Assembly: GCA_002785325.1 (NCBI GenBank)
Contig: PFMH01000047.1
Location: forward strand, 1 to 47,675
Length of the DNA stretch: 47,675 nt
From: a bacterium (Candidatus Howlettbacteria) CG_4_10_14_0_8_um_filter_40_9
GTDB taxonomy: Bacteria; Patescibacteriota; CPR2; UBA1875; GCA-2785325
Direction: 5' to 3'
Shown: in pieces, positions 25,290 to 33,898 of the stretch
Layout: every line of letters starts with the position of its first letter
Numbering within the stretch: position 1 is the first letter of the stretch
Notes under the pieces: generated by a model
What the model saw: the letters and a program-made list of their open reading frames with translations, nothing else
What the model was told of the DNA's origin: nothing
The model's database searches: none
Program-made: the position numbers and the translations under genes

Positions 25290-25997
25290 ATGAAGAGTGA
25301 ACAAATACTAAAGTTTTTGGTTGAAATAGTAAAAGAAGCAAGTGCTTTAGTTACTGATAAATTTGAGGTAAGTCAAAAAGGAGATGCATTTGATTTAATA
25401 ACGAATCTAGATGTTGAAATAGAAGAGTTCTTAATAAAAAAGATAAATGCACAATATCCAGATTTTAGAATAGTGAGTGAAGAAAAAAACTCCAATCATA
25501 GTGTTACAGAAAATTGTTTTATTATAGATCCGATAGACGGCACTATAAATTTTACTAACAACTTGCCGCTTTGGGGGATACAAATTGCATGTGTAATTAA
25601 TTCAGAGGCAGCAGTTATTTATCTTCCAAAGATGAATGAATTATATTATGCCGATAAAAGCGGCGCTTATTTAAACGGTATAAAGATAGCTACAAATGTA
25701 GTACCGATAAAGAATACTTTATATTCTATAGATGGTACCAATAACTTACCCATAATGGAAAAGATGCGCCCTTATTCATCTGGAAGAAGGAATTTAGGTG
25801 CTGTTTGTGTAAGTATGGCTTTTGTATCTTGCGGAAGATTGCATGGTGCACTTTTTAGGAGCGATAAACCGTGGGACTATCTGCCAGGATTATGTATTGC
25901 CAAAATGGCGGGTGCTACTATCTGTGACGAACCAGGATTTCATGGTGCAGCTATGAACGAAGAATTTTTAAATATTTTAAAAGAAGCAAACAAATAA
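25290..25997 (+). CDS. Inositol monophosphatase family protein (SuhB/CysQ-like)
   Basis: IIDPIDGTINF and WDYLPG motifs. The ATG lies 11 nt after a TATAAT (25274-25279). The ORF track starts at an upstream GTG (25236) that overlaps a hairpin. Confidence 0.82.
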   Translation: MKSEQILKFLVEIVKEASALVTDKFEVSQKGDAFDLITNLDVEIEEFLIKKINAQYPDFRIVSEEKNSNHSVTENCFIIDPIDGTINFTNNLPLWGIQIACVINSEAAVIYLPKMNELYYADKSGAYLNGIKIATNVVPIKNTLYSIDGTNNLPIMEKMRPYSSGRRNLGAVCVSMAFVSCGRLHGALFRSDKPWDYLPGLCIAKMAGATICDEPGFHGAAMNEEFLNILKEANK

Positions 25998-26032
25998 TTG
26001 AAACATAAAAACTAACGTTCCTTATATCAAAA

Positions 26033-26137
26033 ATGGCTCAAAAAAGCCATAATATTCTGGCAGTCCTTGTCCTTATCGTTTGGGGGATTGTAACGTGGAA
26101 GTACTTTGTTATTGACTTTAAAAAACGTTTCCTGTAA
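26033..26137 (+). CDS. Candidate 34-aa single-TM peptide (speculative)
   Basis: MAQKSHNILAVLVLIVWGIVTWKYFVIDFKKRFL. No clear SD. Followed by a small AGCC-GAGA-GGCT plus T-run hairpin (26149-26169). Confidence 0.2.
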   Translation: MAQKSHNILAVLVLIVWGIVTWKYFVIDFKKRFL

Positions 26138-26246
26138 TATTTATACATAAGAGCCGAGAGGCTTTTTTTAAATCCAAGAAAATATGTTTTTCTCACGGAT
26201 CACCACAGATTTGATTCGGATTACCACGGATTATTTAAATGAAAAT

Positions 26247-26453
26247 ATGGCGGCTAAAAAAAGCATACTGTCTAAACCATTCAAATACTTTTCAGAATCT
26301 ATAACGGAACTGAAGAAAGTATCATGGCCAACATCAAAAGAGGCGATAAATCTAACGATAACGGTAGTCGCTATATCTGTCGTGGTAGGTCTTTTTTTGG
26401 GATTTTTCGATCTTATATTTGGACGAGCATTAATCTTTTTACTAAAGAAATAA
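26247..26453 (+). CDS. secE: Preprotein translocase subunit SecE
   Basis: 68 aa, ELKKVSWPTSKEAINLTITVVAISVVVGLFLG. Canonical position before nusG. The ORF track begins at an upstream ATG (26184). Confidence 0.88.
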   Translation: MAAKKSILSKPFKYFSESITELKKVSWPTSKEAINLTITVVAISVVVGLFLGFFDLIFGRALIFLLKK

Positions 26454-26472
26454 TCTTATTAGAGGAGAAAAT

Positions 26473-27012
26473 ATGTCTAGACAATCAGGAGAAAGAAATT
26501 ATTATGTACTTCACACTTACTCCGGTTATGAGGAAAAAGTTGCCGACAACTTGAGGCAAAGGATCGAGAGTATGAATATTCAGGATAAGGTTTTTGATAT
26601 CATCGTGCCAAAAGAGAAAGCAATCGAGATAAAAAACGGTAAACGAAAAACCGTAGAAAAGAAGATATTTCCGGGATATGTTATTGTTGATATGATACTA
26701 AACGACGACTCTTGGTATGTTGTGAGAAATACTCCGCAAGTTACAGGTTTTATCGGAGCGGGATCAGTACCGGTACCAGTAGATGAATTTGAGATAGGGA
26801 TTATAAAAAAGAGGATGGGCGCTGATGAGCCGAAATACAAGATAGATCTTTTGAAGGGCGACTTGGTAAACATCACAGACGGACCATTTAAGGGGTTTGA
26901 CGGAAGCGTTGATGAAGTTGATGAGATAAAGGGGAAGATAAAAGTTTTGGTGTCAATGTTCGGCAGGGAAACTCCAGTAGAATTGGACTCACTTCAGGTG
27001 AAAAAGGTATAA
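26473..27012 (+). CDS. nusG: Transcription termination/antitermination factor NusG
   Basis: YVLHTYSGYEEKV...IFPGYV; KOW motif GDLVNITDGPFKGFDG. Confidence 0.95.
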   Translation: MSRQSGERNYYVLHTYSGYEEKVADNLRQRIESMNIQDKVFDIIVPKEKAIEIKNGKRKTVEKKIFPGYVIVDMILNDDSWYVVRNTPQVTGFIGAGSVPVPVDEFEIGIIKKRMGADEPKYKIDLLKGDLVNITDGPFKGFDGSVDEVDEIKGKIKVLVSMFGRETPVELDSLQVKKV

Positions 27013-27141
27013 CATTAAAATTTCTAATTTCTAATATCTAATTTCTAAACAAATCCAAATATCAAAATTCAAAGGATTAAAATATTATAATTTACAAATT
27101 GTTTAGGATTTAGTATTTAGATATTATGATTTAGGAGATAT
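27013..27141 (+). repeat. AT-rich self-complementary spacer (nusG/rplK)
   Basis: 5' arm 27017-27060 and 3' arm 27098-27137, ending in AGGAG 5 nt before the rplK ATG. Confidence 0.65.
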
Positions 27142-27570
27142 ATGGCAAAAAAGATTAAAACAAAACTAAAATTGCAAGTAAGGGCGGGACAAGCAAACCC
27201 AGCTCCACCGGTAGGACCGGCACTCGGGCAACACGGTCTAAATATCATGGACTTTTGTAACTCATTTAACGAACAGACAAAAGAAAAACAGGGAGCCGTT
27301 TTACCAGTCGTTATCACCGTTTACGAGGATCGAACTTTTGATTTCATTATAAAAACTTCCCCAGCAGCAGAGCTTATCAAAAAGGCGCTTGGGGCAAGCA
27401 AAGGTTCCGGTGTCCCAAACAAGGAAAAGCTTCCAAAGAAACTCTCAAAAGCTCAGCTTCGAGAAATCGCTGAGACAAAGATGGCCGATCTAAATGCTAA
27501 CGATATCGGACAGGCAGAAAAGATGATAGCGGGAACCGCAAGAAGCATGGGAGTCGAGATCGAAAAATAG
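27142..27570 (+). CDS. rplK: 50S ribosomal protein L11
   Basis: [29 protein letters not shown]. Confidence 0.96.
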   Translation: MAKKIKTKLKLQVRAGQANPAPPVGPALGQHGLNIMDFCNSFNEQTKEKQGAVLPVVITVYEDRTFDFIIKTSPAAELIKKALGASKGSGVPNKEKLPKKLSKAQLREIAETKMADLNANDIGQAEKMIAGTARSMGVEIEK

Positions 27571-27695
27571 TATTCGATTCGCGAATTGATTTAAATATAA
27601 AATACTTAAAAGTAGTGGGACTCCGATGGTCATCGGAGGCTATTACCACGACCCTCCTACGCTAAGAAGCTTCAGAAGGGTAAAAAGGAGAAAAA

Positions 27696-28571
27696 ATGAC
27701 AGATACAAAGAAAGAAAAAAACGAGATAAAAGAAACAGAGGAAGAGCCGAAAACTCTCACAGGAAAGAAATCTGTAAAAGCTAGCGAGAAGAAAGAGACG
27801 CCTAAGAAGAAACCGGTTGCGAAAGAAAAAAAGGATTCTGGAAAGCCAAAAAAAGCTTCTACACGCACTAAACCGAAGCTAAAGAAAAGCGAACGCAAGC
27901 ATTCAAAAAAATATAGAGAAGTTGTTATTCTTATCGAAAAAGATAAAGAATATGAATCTGGCGAGGCTTTAGAATTGGTAAAAAAGACCTCAGTTACTAA
28001 GTTTGATTCTTCTGTCGAGATTCATATAAAACTTGGTATAGACGTCAAAAAGACAGACCAACAGATAAGGGGCGTTGTTATTTTGCCAAACGGAACAGGG
28101 AAATCTAAAAATGTTTGTGTTATCTGTGATGCTAAACTCGAAAAGGAAGCAAAGGAGGCTGGCGCCGACACAGTGGGAGGAGCTGACGTTATTCAAAAGA
28201 TAGAAAAAGGATGGCTGGATTTTGATGTTTTGGTTGCTTCTCCGGATATGATGGGTGTTTTAGGAAAAGCGGCAAAGATCTTAGGACCAAAAGGACTTAT
28301 GCCAAATCCAAAAACAGAGACCGTAACTCAAGAAGTAGGGAAGGCCGTAAAAAATATCAAAAAAGGGCAAGTTGAATTTAAAAACGACCAAGCAGGTGTC
28401 ATCCACACCGTATTGGGAAAAGTTTCTTTTGAACCGGCTAAATTATCTGAAAATCTAGAGGCATTGATGGATGCTATAAAGAAAGCTCGACCTGACGCTT
28501 CAAAAGGTCTGTTTCTAAAAAGTATGTTAGTATCATCCACTATGGGACCGGGAATCAGAGTAAAGATTTAA
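27696..28571 (+). CDS. rplA: 50S ribosomal protein L1 with ~70-aa K/E-rich N-terminal extension
   Basis: Core FDSSVEIHIKLGIDVKK.DQQIRG...LPNGTGK...LGPKGLMPNPK. The N-terminal region is low-complexity K/E/T. Confidence 0.93.
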   Translation: MTDTKKEKNEIKETEEEPKTLTGKKSVKASEKKETPKKKPVAKEKKDSGKPKKASTRTKPKLKKSERKHSKKYREVVILIEKDKEYESGEALELVKKTSVTKFDSSVEIHIKLGIDVKKTDQQIRGVVILPNGTGKSKNVCVICDAKLEKEAKEAGADTVGGADVIQKIEKGWLDFDVLVASPDMMGVLGKAAKILGPKGLMPNPKTETVTQEVGKAVKNIKKGQVEFKNDQAGVIHTVLGKVSFEPAKLSENLEALMDAIKKARPDASKGLFLKSMLVSSTMGPGIRVKI

Positions 28572-28584
28572 ACTAAGCAGAACT

Positions 28585-28621
28585 AAAAAAAGAACCCAAG
28601 AATTTCAAGGGTTCTTTTTTA
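28585..28621 (+). terminator. Rho-independent terminator after rplA
   Basis: AAAAAAGAACCC...GGGTTCTTTTTT. Confidence 0.8.
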
Positions 28622-28753
28622 TTATATGAAAAAAGACCAAAGACACCAGAATTGAGATAGTGCTTATTCTCGTCTCTGTGGATAAAATACTTATTCATTT
28701 GAGGACTATAACGAAAATAGCTATGTACAAGTAAAAAATAAAGACAGATGCAA

Positions 28754-28830
28754 GTGGAGATAATATGAATAAAAGTATTGCAAAATGGATAAAAAGTGGA
28801 GTATAATGGATTGCAGTGGGGGAAAGTGGG
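28754..28830 (+). promoter_or_regulatory. mraZ promoter region with GTGGA/GTGGG direct repeats (candidate MraZ boxes)
   Basis: GTGGA at 28754 and 28796, TATAAT at 28802-28807, GTGGG at 28816 and 28826 (10-nt spacing). Confidence 0.5.
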
Positions 28831-28929
28831 GATAACTCACAGACAGTACGGCTGGAAGGAGGTGTCTCAAAACCTGGAAACAAGAAGTCTGGTTTTGAGA
28901 AAAAGAGTTTTATCAACTAATTTCTTTCT

Positions 28930-29361
28930 ATGTTTATCGGAGAATATCAGCACAATCTAGATGAAAAGGGGAGACTTGCGGTACCTGCAAAGTTTAGGGC
29001 AAAACTGCAAAGGGGGGCAGTGGTCACAAAAGGTTTGGACAATTGTCTATTTTTATACCCGAGGAAAGAATGGGAAGATATTGCGAAGAAACTCTCGGCT
29101 CTTCCGATAAGTCAAAAAGGAGCGAGAGCTTTTGCGAGAATGATGCTGGGAGGAGCTTTTGAGTTGGATATCGACAAGCAGGGGAGGATAACATTACCTC
29201 AACCGCTTAGAGATTTTGCAAAGATAAAAGGAAAGACTATCGTGGCCGGCCTATACTCTAGGCTTGAGATATGGGACAGGTCGAGTTGGGATGAGTATAG
29301 GAAAAAGACCGAAAAAGACAGCAGTGATATAGCTGAACAGCTCGGTGATTTGGGAGTGTAA
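28930..29361 (+). CDS. mraZ: Transcriptional regulator MraZ
   Basis: MFIGEYQHNLDEKGRLAVPAKFR and a second DKQGRITLP SpoVT-AbrB repeat. Confidence 0.95.
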   Translation: MFIGEYQHNLDEKGRLAVPAKFRAKLQRGAVVTKGLDNCLFLYPRKEWEDIAKKLSALPISQKGARAFARMMLGGAFELDIDKQGRITLPQPLRDFAKIKGKTIVAGLYSRLEIWDRSSWDEYRKKTEKDSSDIAEQLGDLGV

Positions 29362-29477
29362 GGGTTCGGAATTCAGAGTTCAGAAATCGGAAATCTGATA
29401 ACATCGTGAAATAGAGATAAATTGAGAAAATAAAAGATAGTATCTTGAAAAATAATAATTAGTAATACAACTAATCG

Positions 29478-29598
29478 GCAGTTAGCTAGTAGCCAGTAAG
29501 CACCTTTTAAAACATCCACCTCAAAAACTTAAAAATATAAGCCCAAAAATAAAACAAAAACAAATGTCTTGATCTAAGCTGACTACTAGCTATTTGCC
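29478..29598 (+). repeat. Long-range inverted repeat in the mraZ/rsmH spacer
   Basis: GGCAGTTAGCTAGTAGCCAG (29478-) against CTGACTACTAGCTATTTGCC (-29598). 10-bp perfect core TAGCTAGTAG. About 73 nt between the arms. Confidence 0.6.
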
Positions 29599-29635
29599 GA
29601 GAGACTTAAAACTAAGAAAGCAAAAACGAATAACG

Positions 29636-30577
29636 ATGAAAGAATCTAAACATATATCGGTACTTTTAAAAGAAACGATAAGCTTTCTCCGACCAAAAGA
29701 GGGAGATGTATTTGTGGATGGGACATTGGGGTTGGGCGGACACGCGGAAGCAATACTCGAACTTATCGGCAAAAAAGGAAAGTATATCGCGTTAGACAGA
29801 GATCCGCAGGCGATCAAAATAGCGAAGGATAGACTGAAAAAATACAAAAACATGACAGTTTATCAGGCAAACTTTGATCAGCTGAAAGACGTTACAGCCA
29901 AAGAAGGGTTAGGAAAAGTAGACGGTATACTCATAGATTTGGGAGTTTCGTCTTTGCAGATAGACTCGGAAGAAAGAGGGTTCTCTTTCAAAAAAAGCGG
30001 ACCGCTTGATATGAGGATGGGGGACAGCGATATCACGGCAGCAGACATCGTAAATGAGTATTCGGCAGAAGAATTGACGGGCATATTTAGGGATTTCGGC
30101 GAAGAAAAGTTTGCAAAGCAGATAGCGAAGAAAATAGTTGAAAAGAGAAAAGAGCGTAGGATAGAAAACACACTGGAGTTTCGAGATATTGTCTTAAGCG
30201 CTTTACCAGAAAAGTATAAGAGCATCTTAAAAAAGGATCCAGCAACAAAAGTTTTTCAGGCCTTAAGGGTTGAGGTAAATGAGGAGCTCGAAGCCCTCGG
30301 AGGGTTTTTACCTCAAGCCTTAAGTATCTTGAAAAAAGGGGGGAGACTGGCAGTTATATCATTTCACTCGTTGGAAGATAGGATTGTCAAAGACTTTATC
30401 AGAAGTCAGTCAAGGGGATGTTTATGTCCCAGGGATTTTCCTGTTTGTAGGTGCGGTAACAAACCGAAAATAAAAGTTATTGCTAGTAAGCCGGTCGTGC
30501 CGAGTGAGGAAGAAAAAAAGGAGAACCCAAGGTCCAGAAGCGCAAAGATGCGAGTGATGGAGAAGATTGCAGACTAA
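29636..30577 (+). CDS. rsmH: 16S rRNA (cytosine1402-N4)-methyltransferase RsmH
   Basis: HISVLLKE...DGTLGLGGH...DLGVSS.Q.D...RGFSF. The ORF track starts at an upstream TTG (29594). Confidence 0.94.
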   Translation: MKESKHISVLLKETISFLRPKEGDVFVDGTLGLGGHAEAILELIGKKGKYIALDRDPQAIKIAKDRLKKYKNMTVYQANFDQLKDVTAKEGLGKVDGILIDLGVSSLQIDSEERGFSFKKSGPLDMRMGDSDITAADIVNEYSAEELTGIFRDFGEEKFAKQIAKKIVEKRKERRIENTLEFRDIVLSALPEKYKSILKKDPATKVFQALRVEVNEELEALGGFLPQALSILKKGGRLAVISFHSLEDRIVKDFIRSQSRGCLCPRDFPVCRCGNKPKIKVIASKPVVPSEEEKKENPRSRSAKMRVMEKIAD

Positions 30578-30693
30578 ATTAACAATTAATATCTAAAGAT
30601 TTAACCTCACAACGAATTTTATCAAACAACTACATTTAAGAGTATTTAGGATTTAGGAATTAGATATTGGATTTAACTAAAAGGAGGATAAAA

Positions 30694-31032
30694 GTGGGAC
30701 GCAGTAAACCGGTAAGAAGGAAGTTTTCAAGAAATTATAAAAGAACTTTTAGGGTGGGAAAGGTCTCGTTGGGATTTGTTACATTAACATTATTTTTTGT
30801 AGCGACACTTCTTTTTCTTTCGCAGTCAAACAAGATAGCCGTCAGGGGATATGAGATATCTGATCTCGAAAATAGAATAAATGAACTAGGTGAAAAAAAT
30901 GACAAACTGAAGCTGGAAGCGACAAAACTTCAGTCTGTTAGTTCTACACAAATAAATATAAACAAAGATGGCATGGTTCCCGTAAATCAGATAAACTATG
31001 TTAGCGAGAAGACAGATGTTGCGATGAGATAA
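30694..31032 (+). CDS. ftsL: FtsL-like cell division protein (TM helix plus coiled coil)
   Basis: GTG start 6 nt after AGGAGG. Basic N-terminus, one TM helix, then a coiled-coil segment. Position between rsmH and ftsI. Confidence 0.65.
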   Translation: MGRSKPVRRKFSRNYKRTFRVGKVSLGFVTLTLFFVATLLFLSQSNKIAVRGYEISDLENRINELGEKNDKLKLEATKLQSVSSTQININKDGMVPVNQINYVSEKTDVAMR

Positions 31033-31078
31033 AGTCCCTCATCAAACATTAATCTTTAAGAAACTTTTTACTGATTTT

Positions 31079-32818
31079 ATGCAGAAAAATTTTGGATTAG
31101 ATTATGAACAGAAAAGAAGAATTGGGTTCTTCAGGTTTATAATTCCTTTTATCGTTATTGCTCTTTTGGGTCGACTTTTCACTCTGCAGGTGATAAATCA
31201 CAAATATTACTTGAAGATAGCAGGAAGCCAACAATGGTCCAAGGATATGATACCGGCAAAAAGAGGGGAGATCTATGTTGAAGACGGTTTTTCAAAAGCA
31301 CTATATCCGCTTGCGACCAATGAGACCAAGGATATGGTTTATGTTGTCCCAGAAGAACTTGAAAATAAAGACGAAACGATCGGTAAGCTCTCGGATGTTT
31401 TGAAGATCGAAAAGGAAAAAACATTAGTGTCTCTTGAAAATTCGAGGCTGTATGTTCCATTGAAGAAAAAATTGAGCGATGACGAAGTAAAGGCCTTAAC
31501 AGATTTGAATCTCAAAGGGGTTTATCTTTCAAAAGAACAGTGGAGATACTACCCTGAGGATTCTTTAGCCAGCCAGATTTTAGGATATGTAAATAACGAA
31601 GGAAACGGACAATACGGTTTGGAGGAGCAATACAATGATATCTTGCAGGGGGTAAACGGTCTCTATAAAGCTGAAAGCGATTCTCAAGGGAGGCGTATTG
31701 CATTTGGAAAAGATGTTTCGAGACCGGCAGAAGATGGCGACGGCATCGTTCTTACGATAAATAGAGATATCCAATCAGAGGTAGAGAAAACCCTCGAAAG
31801 CTATGTAAAAAAATTCGGAGCGGAATGCGGAAACGCCATAGTCATGGACCCTCAAACTGGAGAAATCATAGCAATGGCGAATGCTCCGACATTCAATCCC
31901 AATACATACACCGAGGTTAAAGATTTTAGCGCATTTAAAAACAAGGCCGTTACAGACGAGTACGAGCCAGGATCTATATTTAAGGCGATAACGATGGCTG
32001 CAGGTTTAGACGACGGTAAAGTCGAGCCCGATAGCAAATATACTGATACCGGAAGCGTGGTCCTAAACGGCAATAAGATCATGAACTCCGATAAAAAAGC
32101 GAACGGTGAACAGACGATGACGCAGGTTTTAGAAAAATCTTTAAATACGGGGGTATCTTATGTACTGAATCTTATCGGAAAAAAGACATTTTATGATTAT
32201 ATAAAAAAGTTTGGTTTTGGCGACAAGACAGGGATAGAAACCGGTGCGGAAGCGATGGGGTCAGTACTTCCGCCGACAGAAAAGGACCACACTTATGCCA
32301 CCATGTCATTCGGTCAAAGTATCTCGACTACGCCTATCCAGATGGTAACCAGCTTTGCAGCGATTGCGAACGACGGTAGGCTTATGAAACCGCATCTTAT
32401 CAAGAAAATTGTAAAGGCTGATGGTACTACGGAAGAGATCAAACCGGAAGAAGTAAGAAAGGTTATCTCAGACAAATCTGCCGCTTCTCTTACAGCGATG
32501 CTGGTTAGTGTCGTAGAAAAAGGTCACGGGGGCCAAGCAAAAGTTAAAGGGTATAAAGTTGCAGGGAAAACTGGTACTGCCCAGGTACCTCTTAAGAACG
32601 GCAGGGGTTATGATACTAGCCGTAACATAGGTTCATTTATCGGTTTTGCTCCGGCCTTGGAACCGCGATTCGTCGTGATGGCGAAGATCGACGCTCCAAA
32701 AGGTGTGCAATGGGCGGAAAGTACAGCCGCGCCCGTAGTTGGGGCAATATTGGACAAGCTTTTGAAGTATTATCAGGTTCCGCCGACGGAGATGGATCAA
32801 TTGAAAGTAAAGCCATAG
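31079..32818 (+). CDS. ftsI: Class B penicillin-binding protein (FtsI/PBP2-type transpeptidase)
   Basis: GSIFK (SxxK) and KTGTAQ motifs, N-terminal TM helix, dcw position. Confidence 0.92.
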   Translation: MQKNFGLDYEQKRRIGFFRFIIPFIVIALLGRLFTLQVINHKYYLKIAGSQQWSKDMIPAKRGEIYVEDGFSKALYPLATNETKDMVYVVPEELENKDETIGKLSDVLKIEKEKTLVSLENSRLYVPLKKKLSDDEVKALTDLNLKGVYLSKEQWRYYPEDSLASQILGYVNNEGNGQYGLEEQYNDILQGVNGLYKAESDSQGRRIAFGKDVSRPAEDGDGIVLTINRDIQSEVEKTLESYVKKFGAECGNAIVMDPQTGEIIAMANAPTFNPNTYTEVKDFSAFKNKAVTDEYEPGSIFKAITMAAGLDDGKVEPDSKYTDTGSVVLNGNKIMNSDKKANGEQTMTQVLEKSLNTGVSYVLNLIGKKTFYDYIKKFGFGDKTGIETGAEAMGSVLPPTEKDHTYATMSFGQSISTTPIQMVTSFAAIANDGRLMKPHLIKKIVKADGTTEEIKPEEVRKVISDKSAASLTAMLVSVVEKGHGGQAKVKGYKVAGKTGTAQVPLKNGRGYDTSRNIGSFIGFAPALEPRFVVMAKIDAPKGVQWAESTAAPVVGAILDKLLKYYQVPPTEMDQLKVKP

Positions 32819-32853
32819 AAAGAAAAGAATATTTAATGTAAAATGGAGTTACT

Positions 32854-33894
32854 ATGACACCACAAGAAGTGAAACTTATACCAGAGATTACAAAAGTTAT
32901 TACTTTTGCTGCAACGTCTTTTATTTTTTCGATGGCAGTAACACCTATCTATACTTATTTTGCTTATAAGTTTAAATGGTGGAAACAGATAAGCGATACT
33001 TCTTCCTTGAGCGGGGGAAAAGAGAAAACGCCCGTTTTTTATAAGCTTCACAAAGACAAGCACAAAAGGCATATTCCGACAATGGCGGGTATCATCATTT
33101 GGGGCGTTGTAGGTATTATTACCTTGGCGTTCAATCTGGATAGAGCACAGACATATCTCTTGCTTTTTACTTTGGTTTCGGTCGGTCTTTTAGGGCTTAT
33201 AGACGATTATCTAAATATAAGATCTACTGGCGGTATAGCGGGGGTAAAGTCTAAGTTCAAATTTGCGTGGACACTTGCCATCGCTGGGGTTGGGTCATGG
33301 TGGTTTTATGCCAAACTAGGCTGGAGTGTGATTCATATCCCGGCATACGGAGACTTAAATATCGGTTGGCTATATATTCCGCTTTTTATACTGGTCATCG
33401 TGGCAACGGCAAATGCGGTCAATATCACCGACGGACTGGATGGTCTCTCCGGCGGTCTCTTGATGGGCGCTTTTGGAGCATTTGCTTTGATAGCTTTTTT
33501 TCAAGGAAATGTAGGTATTGCCATCTTCTGCGCTACCGTGGTCGGAGCTATGCTTTCCTATACTTGGTTCAACATATTTCCAGCTAGGTTCTTTATGGGA
33601 GATACCGGAGCTGTTGCGCTTGGGGCTACCTTAGGCGTTATCGCGCTGCTTACGAACTCCGTCATTGTTCTGCCTATCATAGGGTTTGTTTTTATGGCTG
33701 AAACATTGTCGGTCATAGTTCAGGTCTTTTCAAAAAAAATATTTAAGAAGAAAATATTTTTATCTACGCCGATCCATCACCATTTTGAAGCAAAGGGCTG
33801 GCCGGAGACTAAAGTAACTATGAGATTCTGGATTATTGGAGGTGTTATGGCTACTATCGGCACCATAATCGGTCTTCTGGGAAGAGGTATTTAA
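32854..33894 (+). CDS. mraY: Phospho-N-acetylmuramoyl-pentapeptide transferase
   Basis: Polytopic. NAVNITDGLDGL and MGDTGA motifs. Confidence 0.95.
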   Translation: MTPQEVKLIPEITKVITFAATSFIFSMAVTPIYTYFAYKFKWWKQISDTSSLSGGKEKTPVFYKLHKDKHKRHIPTMAGIIIWGVVGIITLAFNLDRAQTYLLLFTLVSVGLLGLIDDYLNIRSTGGIAGVKSKFKFAWTLAIAGVGSWWFYAKLGWSVIHIPAYGDLNIGWLYIPLFILVIVATANAVNITDGLDGLSGGLLMGAFGAFALIAFFQGNVGIAIFCATVVGAMLSYTWFNIFPARFFMGDTGAVALGATLGVIALLTNSVIVLPIIGFVFMAETLSVIVQVFSKKIFKKKIFLSTPIHHHFEAKGWPETKVTMRFWIIGGVMATIGTIIGLLGRGI

Positions 33895-33898
33895 GAGT

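Noticed and set aside
26324-26554. 76-aa ORF spanning the secE 3' end and the nusG 5' end
   Set aside because: It is an alternative frame overlapping two well-supported genes.
28695-28916. 73-aa - strand ORF upstream of mraZ
   Set aside because: It lies across the predicted mraZ promoter and MraZ-box region, has no SD, and gives a low-complexity hydrophobic translation.
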